Assembly: GCA_951406725.2 (NCBI GenBank)
Contig: OX597839.1
Location: forward strand, 17,484,001 to 17,548,000
Origin: Octopus vulgaris
Lineage: Eukaryota
Direction: 5' to 3'
DNA: 64,000 nucleotides
Every line of letters starts with the position of its first letter. Within the stretch, counting starts at the first letter, position 1. The notes under the pieces were generated by a model. The model made no database searches. It was not told the origin of the DNA and saw nothing but the letters and a program-made list of their open reading frames with translations. Shown one piece after another: positions 53,781-64,000 of the stretch. The position numbers and the translations under genes are program-made.

Positions 53781-56700
53781 AATCTAATATGATTGACATA
53801 AACATTTTCCCTTTCCTCATACGCATGAAGAGAAATATACTTACACACATAGAAAGAAAGAGACAGAGAGAGAGAGGGAAGGAGTGGGGAATGAAAGACA
53901 AATCAACTCCAGCACTTATGTTTTAAATCTGGAACTTATAATATTAGTCTATTTTACCAAATTGCTACATTACAGGCATGCAAGCAAATTGACACCAGTT
54001 ATCAAGTAGTCGAAAGGAACGAACTCAAAGACACACACACATATACAGGGGGCTCCCACACGGTTTCTGAGTGTCAAATTCACTCATAAGGCATTGGACT
54101 ATGATACAAGACACTTGCCCAAGGTGCTGCACTGTGGGACTGAACCTGAAATCACATGGTTGCAAAACAAGCTTCTTAACCATACCGCCATACCTGAATA
54201 AAAGATATTTTCTTCAGTAATAAATATTTGGTGTGATGTTTTAATATGTTTGGTCACTCCTCTCCTATTATTCTTTCTCCAGTCTCTACATTTTTGTAGC
54301 TTACAGCTTAATAATTCAATTCTTTAAATTAATTTGTTTTTTTTTCTCTTACAAATTATTTTTATACTGTTTATTGCTCTCATCATTCTTGCAAAGCTGT
54401 TCTCAACCTTGCCCTCCCCCAACTTATTTCTTCATTGTTTTCAACATTGTTGCTAACAATTTTCCATTTCCTTTTCAACCCCCACATTGTTTGTGCATGC
54501 ACTAATTCAACTGTCCTTGTTTCACATTACTCTCAACATTCTTGCTCTGGGTGTTACAGTAGCTTTAATTATACAATATCTCCTTCCACATCATAGAGAT
54601 CCTGCCATTTGGCATCACTCCTTCATCCATTCCATTTTCTTATTTTCATTCTTGCATTCAAAATAGTAAAGCCACTAATGTTGTCATCAGAGAATCGATA
54701 TTTTTATGACTTTACTGTTTAACTATTTGGTGTGGATTTCTTGTCCAATCTCCACCTCTGTTAGTTTTAATTCCAAATTAGTGTTATAAGCCTTTTTTTT
54801 CTTTTAACAAAGAGCACGCATGTCAAGAAATCCAGGCATGCTCTCACAGTGGACTGCAAGTTGAAAACATCATCTATATGAACAGATCAAAGTATACACC
54901 TGAAAACAAAGGGAAATACAAACTCACTTGCACTCAAACACAAGGACGTGCACATGCACAAAGACACACACACTGGAAGTTCATCTCTTGAGTTTTGGCT
55001 CAATGTTCATGCCATCTTCAGGTGTTCCACCCAAGTATCACAGTGGCAAAAAACTCGAGTTAAGAAACCAACTCTCAATAAAGAACAATATTTTCTTCAA
55101 CATGTATTGAGTACTCCTTTCTCATTTGCTTGTCTCGTCATCATCGTCATCATTTAACGTCTGCCTTTCATACAAGAATGAGAGGGAACAGTTTCACAAG
55201 AGCCGGCCAGGCAGAAGAGCCTGCACCAGACTTCTGTGACTGTTTTGGCAGGATTTTAACAGCTGGATGCCCTTCCTAACACCAACCATTCAGCAGAGTG
55301 GACTTGGTGCTTTTTACATGGCACAAGCACAGGTGAGGTCAGTAGTGCTATTTATGTGGCACAAGCACAGGCGAGGTCAGTTTTGGGAAGGTTTTTACAG
55401 CTGGATGCCCTTCCAAACACCAACCTCTTCACAGTGTGGACTGGGTGCTTTTAAGTGGCACCTGCACTGACAGGGTCACCAAGTACTTGCAAGACGAAAA
55501 AAACTAACTTTCAGAGGTGGGGAGGAGGGGATCTTGTGTTGGATAATGAAAGGTTATTGTGAGACAGATACAGGTGTCTTGCTGTAGAGAGAGAGAGGGG
55601 GGGAGAGAGGGAGAGAGATCAGGAATGAAGACGGAAATGGGTGCACTACTGCAAAGGAAATACATAGTTACCCAACCTGTGGGAAGTGCAGGAGAAAGAG
55701 AGTGCAAGACAGCAGCATAGAGATGATGGCAAAATGCCAGGCATACTCACAAGGAACAGGGATCAGAATATAAATAGGATGATTGAGTAAAGGAAGGGAG
55801 AGATATAGATGGTGGCAAGTGCCAGGGCATACCCTTGAAGTTCCAATGCCATAATGTAAGTGGCAGGATATTACGGAGGAAGAGTGAAAAACCTGGGTAT
55901 ATATAGAGTCCGTGGGGTGGGGGTCTACCAGAGAGCAATGATACAGAGGAACAGGGGTGTGAGGACAGGATTGGAGAGTGTATGAAGGAGGAAATGTGAG
56001 AAAGAGATGGGGAGATGTAGATTGATTTGTTGGGGTAGGTTGAGGGAAAAGTGTCATTGTTATGTGTGGGTGGAACACAGAGGTCAGAGGCTTGGAGATA
56101 GCCATAGTACAGTGAGGAGTCAGGGTGTGTGGGTAGAACACACTGATCAGAGTCAAGCGGAGAGCAATGACACTGTGGCACAGAGCCAAGAGGACAGGAT
56201 TGGAGAGTGGGAGGTAAACATAGGGCATGTATATATACATAAGTATATATATATAAACTACACACAACATAAAGCAATATACATATTATGTGTATGTGTG
56301 TGTGTGTTTGTTTGTGTGTGTGTGTATGTACACTACAGGCTTCTTCAGTTTACATCTACAAGTTTCATTTACAAGCATAAGCTATTGGTTGAACTGTGGC
56401 TATAGTATAGGACACCAGTCAACAGCATTTAGTGTGACTGAACCCCTAACCACACAGTTCCAAAGTAAATTTCTTAACCATGCTACTGTACATCCTCCAT
56501 CTGCTGCCTACTTTTGGTTCAGACATTTATGATATTCATTTGACCCGTAGCTTATTGTCCTATATCACTCATGTATATAATCGTATGACATGTGCAAGGA
56601 GGATATTAAATATGTACTTCTCTTTTATTTATTTCATGTCAGAAAAATCAAAAAAGCAGAACAAGACTAAATTTTTATCACAAATTTTAGTCTCATATGT

Positions 56701-57839
56701 CTGCATCTTATCTACATGAGTTTTGACTGCTATACCATACCATTAAAAACTGTCAGAACCCTCCCCTCTCTTGTTAAAGTGATGTAAAACATAAAAAAAA
56801 AGACTTCCAAACACGCCAACATGGCTGCCACAACATTAATCGCCCTACTAGGTTTAAAATGTGAAGTGAATTGCAAACCATGACAAATAAATGTTGAGAC
56901 AGTGCAATTACCTTACACTAACTTAGTTTGCTCTTTCTTCTCCTGCAACCACCTCCACCTGAATTCCTCTATAAATACAAAAAGGAAAAATCTTGGACAA
57001 CAAACAGACTATATAGTATTAAGTATGTTAGGCACAACTTCACTGCTTGTAATTCATGCAGAAGGTATCCCTGGATATTTTACACACATTTTACACTCCA
57101 CCTTATCACTACCTTGTCTCATTTGTTTATACAAGTTTTCATGTCCATTGATGTTTACAAGTTAATAATTTTTAATTTTGAAAATGTAACAACACCTAAT
57201 CTTTATTTTTAGTTCAATTTATTTAACTTAAGTTTGTAGCCATAACATAATACTTGTGCTGCCTTAACATGACATTGTGTATGAGAGACAAGGCTGGGAT
57301 GCCTTTGTATTCATGTCCATCTGTCAGAGCAACGAAGACAATTTAGTCATCATTAAGAATGACTGTTATCTTGAATGATGACTTTGTTTCAAGTGAAAAA
57401 ACAGTTGTGCATCATCAACCTCATTCTCTCATCTGCGACTGTCTTCAATCCAGTAGCAAGACCAGACCAAGACAACTGGGAATAGAAGCAGATGCAGTGG
57501 ATGACCAGGATGTCTTCTTGCCTCATGTTGCTCTCTGCACTTCACATTGTGTAACTGCAACCACCTGTTGTACCATGAAAGTTTCTTTCACAGCGTCCAC
57601 CATAGCCACTCTTCACATGTATAGGTAGGCAAGACTTTATATGACAGGTTCTACTAATCTAGAACATATTTGTATTATTAGTACAATGTATCTCATAATC
57701 ATCCACACAGTTTCCATCTGCCCAGCTTCACTCATAAGATGGAGTCAGCCCTTGGCTATGGTAGAAATCATTTGCCCAATGTGTGTGAATTTGAATTAAC
57801 CCCTTCAGCATTCAGGTTATTGTCAAATGTATGCTTATT

Positions 57840-58255
57840 TACTCTCTTTACTCTTTTACTCTTTTATTTGTTTCAGTCATTTGACTGTGGCCATGCTGGA
57901 GCACTGCCTTTAATCGAGCAACTTGACCCCGGGACTTATTTTTTTGTAAGCCCAGTACTTATTCGATCGGTCTCTTTTGCTGAACTGCTAAGTAATGGGG
58001 ACATAAACACACCAGCATCGGTTGTCAAGCAATGCTAGGGGGGACAAACACAGACACACAAACACACACACGCATATATACATACATATATACGACAGGC
58101 TTCTTTCAATTTCCGTCTACCAAATCCACTCACAAGGCTTTGGTCGGCCCGGGGCTATAGTAGAAGACACTTGCCCAAGGTGCCATGCAGTGTGACTGAA
58201 CCCGGAACCATGTGGTTGGTAAACAAGCTACTTACCACACAGCCACTCCTGCACC
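57840..58255 (-). mobile_element. SINE family A inserted in a piggyBac-like MITE (~57800-58461)
   Basis: Flanks ttaaccccttcagcattcagg...atgcttattt and ...ttaatcgtgcattatctc...ggtttaaatgcaaaagagtta rejoin into the MITE consensus. Confidence 0.8.
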
Positions 58256-60411
58256 TTTATTCAAGTTAATCGTGCATTATCTCATAGCTTTGAGATTTTA
58301 ATGATGTGACTGCTTATTTTTGGAATCACATTGTCAAGTAAGTGTGAGAGGATGGATCTTACCTGTTTGAACATAAAACAGAATATTTGGGGCTGATGGG
58401 CCTGGTCCTAACATAAAACAGAATATCTAGGACTGATATAGCTGGTTTAAATGCAAAAGAGTTACATCTTAAACTCAACACGTCATGTTTGCTTAGCAAA
58501 CATCTTTACCATCTGATCAGGCTTTCTTATAACAAACAGCCATTTAACAACAATGAATAGGGAAAATAATGACATGTTCATATGGTATGTAGCACTGTGT
58601 ATGTTACACGTGTGGCCTTAATGATTACTTAAAAGGAAAAACAGTAAAAAAAAAATGGTTCTTGAAAGTTGTGAACTAGGAAAGAATAATTGCATCCTGC
58701 TGCTCTGGTTTCTGTGCAACAAGTGACCTCAATAGCCATTCATGCAACACTGGACAATCTACTGGATAAGATAAATTATGTATTCCATGATACGTTATTG
58801 AAGACCACCTGTTCAATGATCAAATTATCATTAACTTGGCAACAGACTTTATTTTTTTTTTTGAAATATCCAATCATTACTTCATACATAAACATAGAGT
58901 TATATGTTATTTCCAATGGAGACATGAGATCACAAATTTGAGGAAAAGGGAAGCAAGATATTTGCGTTGATCCCCATTATGTAACTAGTACTTTATTTTG
59001 TCAACCCTGGGAAGATAAAAGGCCAAGTTTATCTTGGTGAGATTTGAATTCAGAATGCAAAGAACCAAAAGAAATACTTCTAAGTATTTCGTACATCTCT
59101 TTGCATTCTCAGTTCAAATCTTAGTTGTACTTCATTTTCCTTACCATTTTAGACATCGAAGATAGTTTCATAAACTCTCCTCTCCACAGATATGACCACT
59201 TTCATATTTTTTTTGTGTTTTATCTTTTACTTGTTTTTTCAGTCATTAAACTGTGGCCATGCTGGGACGCTGAAGAATTTTTAGTCAAGTGAATCAGTCC
59301 TAGTACTTATTTTTTAAAGCTTGGTATTTATTCTATTTATAGCTTTTGCCAAACTGTTAGGTTCTAGTGATGTAAATATACCAACAGCAGTCATCAAGCT
59401 GTGGTGGGAGACAAACACAGACACAAAGACACACACACTTTCGTATATACATACATAGATACACACACACACACAAACACACACACCTACATATGACTGA
59501 CTTCTTTCAGTTTCTGTCTACCAAGTTCACTCATAAGTCTTTGGTCAATCCAAAGCTATAGTAGAATACACTTGCCAAGGGTGCCATGCTGTGGGACTGA
59601 ACCTGCACCTTTATGTGAATGGATTGAAATTAGATTTTTATCTCTTTTTGAATTACCAAAAAATTTTAATGCTACCCTAAAAAGTTTAACATAGGCACAA
59701 AGCTACAAATTATTTTCATAATAATTCTTTCTTGAGAGGAGGGGAAAAATTGTTTAAATTGACCCAGTATTTAACTGGGGTTTAATTTTATTGATCCTAA
59801 AAGGATGAAAGGCAAAGTTGCCTTCAATGAGATTTGAGCTCAGAACAAAAAGAGCCACAAGAAAAGACACTAAGTGTTTGTCTAACTTGCTAATGGTTTT
59901 GCCAGCTCACCTAATTCTACCATTATAATAAGGATTTATAGCATAAGTACAAGGCCAGAAATTTGTGGTTGGGGTGTTACTTGACTGGTACTTATTTGAA
60001 TATCATTAACTTAGGAAGAGAGTTTTTAAATAAACATTACTCTCTTCATACATGACTATTTATTAATAAATAATTTCCTCAGCAGACTCAAGGCCACAGA
60101 CTTAGAGAGCAGTTGTCCTCATCAACATCATTATTTTAATGTTTAATTTTCCATGCTTGCATGGGTCACATGGATTTCATTGAAGTAGATTTTCTGTGGA
60201 TGGGCTTTGTTCTTGTCACTAATACATGTTTCTAAGCAAGGTAGTCTCTCTCCGTGGCCAGATAGGTTTTTCTCAAAATATTGGAAGTGAACGATACTGC
60301 TTGTATGACAGTGACAATCATTTTACATCCTATCAAGCAATGTCAAAACTAGGAGACACAAGCATACATACACTTGTGCATGCATGCATCCATCCATCCA
60401 TACATACATAC

Positions 60412-60850
60412 ATTGAACTATTGAAAAATATGCACTTACTCTATTCAGTTTACAAAGTCAAGTTTATACCTGTAATTATTGGGGCCTTGGTTATATGTAA
60501 CACAGTGCCTAAATACCAATCTTGAAAAATTAGGCTTCTCAAAACCAGAAAGGGGAAAGCTGATTTGAAAACCACAGATCCAATCCTTCACTGGAATTGT
60601 AAAAATCCGTAAAACTTTCTAGAAGTTTATCATTTAAGTATACATGATCATGTCTAGATATGCAACTATATGCATGAGAAGACATGCATAAAACAAAACA
60701 TACAAATCTACACATATACAAAAATACATGCATGCAGAAATACCCTGTTGTTGATGTTGAAATTTCAACGAAGGAAGCCTTGGATCTAGGTTAGAAATCG
60801 GCTCTTTCTGTATTGGCAAGAAATCTTTAAAAAAAACTGAATAATGAATT
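60412..60850 (+). mobile_element. 3' fragment of a restriction-like-endonuclease non-LTR retrotransposon (R4/Dong-like)
   Basis: Frameshifted peptide ELLKNMHLLYSVYKVKFIPVIIGALGY/VTQCLNTNLEKLGF...IQSFTGIVKIRKTF resembles the PxxxGALG C-terminus of RLE elements; followed by a UTR-like segment; starts in a (TACA)n tract. Confidence 0.65.
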
Positions 60851-61092
60851 ATATACACACAAAATAAGACACCTCCAGATAAAGTTGACCAGATTAAGAT
60901 TGATGGGTCAAAAGAATGTTGGTGGAACTTAAAAATTGAAACAGCCATCATGTTAAAATACAACTGGCCAGATATTAAAATCTATTCTAAATTGAAAAGA
61001 GAAAGAGAATGTACATACATAGCAGATGAGCTTCTTTAAGTTTCCGTCTACCCTATCCACTCACAAGGTTTTGGTCATCCCAAGTCTATAAT

Positions 61093-61328
61093 TTATTTCT
61101 TTACTGCCCACATGGGGCTAAACACAGAGGGGACAAACAAGGACAGACAAACGGATTAAGTCGATTACATCGACCCCAGTGCATTACTGTTACTTGATTT
61201 ATCGACCCCGAAAGGATGAAAGGCAAAGTTGACCTCGGTGGAATTTGAGCCCAGAACGTAACGGCAAATGAAATACGGCTATGCATTTCGTCTGGCGTGC
61301 TAATGTTTCTGCCAGCTGGCCGCCCTCA
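61093..61328 (-). mobile_element. SINE family B, full-length, nested in a family A SINE
   Basis: 11-bp TSD aagtctataat at 61082-61092 and 61329-61339; the flanks rejoin into family A sequence. Confidence 0.85.
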
Positions 61329-63018
61329 AAGTCTATAATAGCTAACACTTACCCAAGGTGCTGTACAGTGGGACTAAGTCTAAAGTCATGTGGTTAGAAA
61401 GCAAACTTCAGTGAGTTTATGCCTTGTTTAGTTCATGCAGGTAGACTCACTCTGATGGTGAGATACTTGAGGTACTGAATGGGATTGTGACTCTAATTTA
61501 AATAATAAAGAATTATATGCATGCACATATATATATATATATTCACACACATACACATATACAAAAACACAGTGCTCACACACACATACACACACACACA
61601 CACATTAAGCACGTGATTGGCAGCTGAAAATTGTTTTAAATTATTGACAAGATCTATTGCATTTAACAAACAAATTGTAATGTTAATAACTGACAAATTA
61701 TATAAGAAATGACAGAATGGAGAAATTTACGCATTTTTATTTGTTTATGTACATCAAGACATTTCTACTTAATACAATGTTAGAACTGAAGAGTAACAAT
61801 AATTAAACAAAGAACAGAAGAAAGATAAAGGAACTGTTAAATCCATGGTTAAGCGGGAATCACTCCAGTTATAAAATACAATGCTGCTCACAGTCATTTG
61901 ACAAATGAATAAAAGATCATCTGTATGGCCACTTGCTTGGCTCGAAATTGCAGACAAGGCACCCTCAAATCAAATTCTACTCTCTTAAAAAAATTTAAGA
62001 GCATAGGTGAGACCGTGTGGTAAGAAGTTAGCTTCCCAACCACATGGTTTTGGTTTCAGGCCCACTGCATGACACTTGGGCAGCTTTTAGATGAATGAAT
62101 CGACCCCAGTACTTTTTTCTTAAGCCTGGTACTTATTATATCAGTCTCTTTTGCCAAACATAAACACACCAACTCTGGTTGTCAAGCAGTGGTGGTGGAC
62201 AAACACATGCAAAGAAACCCAAACACACACACATATATATATGGGCTTCTTTCAGTTTCCATTTACCAGATCTACTCACAAGGCTTTGGTCAGCCCAAGG
62301 CTATAGTAGAAGACATACCTGCAACTATGTACCATAACAAGCTTGTGGATAACTATGAAGCCATATTTCTGTTTCAGCATATCTATTTCTTAGTTTATTT
62401 ATCATTTCCCAACCTTCACCTGTTTCCAAGTAAGGTAATAAGTGTGTTTATGTTTGGCAAAAGAGACTGATATAATAAGTACCAGGCTTAAGAAAAAAGT
62501 ACTGGGGTCGATTCATTCAACTAAAAGCTCTTCAAGGAAGTGCCACAGCATGGCCACAGTCTAACAAGTGAAACAAGTAAAATACACAAGTATACATGCA
62601 CACTACACACAAACACATTCACTCACAATCAACCAAATGCACAAACACATGCATATATTTTTGTCTAATTCCACAAGATTCTTGGTATTTGTTATAGTAA
62701 ATTCCAGTGATTGACAAGATTCTATAACCTTGAATGGACTTAAAATCAAAACTGGAAACTAGTAGTAACTAGCCAATAGCTTATCAAATTCTACAATATG
62801 CAGCAGAATTCTATGATAAGGTCACAGATCAGTATCAAATTGGATTAGATCTGGTGAAGTCTTTCTTTTCACCAATGAGAACTTTCTTCTAAAATGACTA
62901 GTGAGTTATCATAAGACATATGTGTATGTATCTGCCTGCTTGTCTGTATATAAACATTTGTTTTGACAAGCTAGTTTCAATGGTGAAACTTTGAATTGTT
63001 AACTCAATATTAATATAA

Positions 63019-63076
<58 letters not shown>

Positions 63077-63341
63077 TATCAGCTCAAGGTACTGGCAACT
63101 CAGGCAGTCACCCAGGCTGTCATGTGCTAGAGGGTGCTAAGGAGGGTGTGACAAAGACAAGGAAAAAAGTTCAGCTTGACAGGGCCCCAGCAAACCTTAG
63201 TGCCAACCCTGTATATGTATGTATGTACACATACATATATATATATATAAATATATCGTTTCAGTCATTTGACTGCAGCCATGCTGGAGCACATATATAT
63301 CCACACCTTTGTATACTACACACACATATATATATAGCGAG

Positions 63342-63392
<51 letters not shown>

Positions 63393-63479
63393 TATATATA
63401 TATACACATATATGCATATACATGCACATGCACACACATCTGTGGATGTGTGTGTTGAGAGTGAACTATTATATAATAC

Positions 63480-64000
63480 TTAATAAGCAAAAATTTGTTT
63501 AGATATTTCTCATTCGAACTGGACAGAACTTTCTCACCATTCACCAGAAATAAATTTTGTCTGTTACAAATAATCACGATTGGCAGAGGATGACATAAGA
63601 TTCAGAATATGATCAATTTGTATAAAGGCTAAAGAACTGAGGGGCACAATCCACATGAATAAGTTTGCGTTATTTGATAAGAAGAAGCATTTGGAAGTTA
63701 GTCAGAAATTACTCATATAATGTGGTAAAAACAATATCAGTCAATGGGAAACATTATTTCGAATAATTTCACTAGACAAATCCACTGCCATGTTTTTGTT
63801 CCCAACTTTGACCTTCCATAAATCCTAAATTTTATTTTAGAATTCATGGGAGCAACTGTCTTTGAAGACCTGTATTGTCGTTGAATGCTCGAAATGCATA
63901 GATAGATAGCTGACAACTGATGAAGGGTCCCTTCTCAGTGTTTACTTGTCCTGTTTTCCATTTTTTTTCTCATTGTTTACGTATGTAATTCATTTGTTTA
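63480..64000 (+). mobile_element. Possible decayed Penelope-like element 3' end
   Basis: Weak peptide KHLEVSQKLLI*CGKN...LFRIISL reminiscent of a GIY-YIG C-terminus, then a degenerate hammerhead-like motif (TTGAAGA...GAAATGCATA, 63856-63905) and a T-rich tail. Confidence 0.3.

Noticed and set aside
55668-56277. 200-aa and 176-aa minus-strand ORFs
   Set aside because: Purine-skewed low-complexity sequence open in several frames; no recognisable protein motif.
57230-57630. Higher-complexity segment with an 89-aa ORF, possible exon
   Set aside because: No recognisable domain or clear splice pair; may be an old transposon relic, not decidable without a search.
63917-63935. CTGATGAAGGG as a separate hammerhead core
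   Set aside because: No downstream GAAA box or pairing helices within the window.

Overview
AT-rich eukaryotic non-coding DNA, packed with microsatellites. The SINE repertoire and (TA)/(CA)/(ATT) density suggest an octopus (coleoid cephalopod) intron or intergenic region; this is inference. I found no intact host gene, and almost all listed ORFs are microsatellite or SINE artefacts. Recognisable elements: several tRNA-derived SINE families, a full-length dead mariner (41128-42406), a dead Tc1 (26701-27957), DD37D and mariner fragments, an RTE 3' fragment, an R4/Dong-like 3' fragment, three non-autonomous Helitrons, a Helentron/DINE-like element, and piggyBac-like and hAT-like MITEs. The main signal is a set of non-coding repeats carrying minimal type-I hammerhead ribozyme motifs, mostly inserted in (TA)n tracts, with the inverted-plus-tandem layout of Penelope-like element termini or retrozymes. 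The best case is a ~541-nt ORF-less unit present as one inverted copy and two tandem copies plus a tail (34300-35892), nested in a hAT MITE that has a perfect 8-bp TSD. At least three further sequence-distinct hammerhead families, some with variant cores, lie at 13031-13519 (fragments at 8878 and 18300), 21435-21836/34080-34268 and 38593-38740, with a possible fifth at about 63860.
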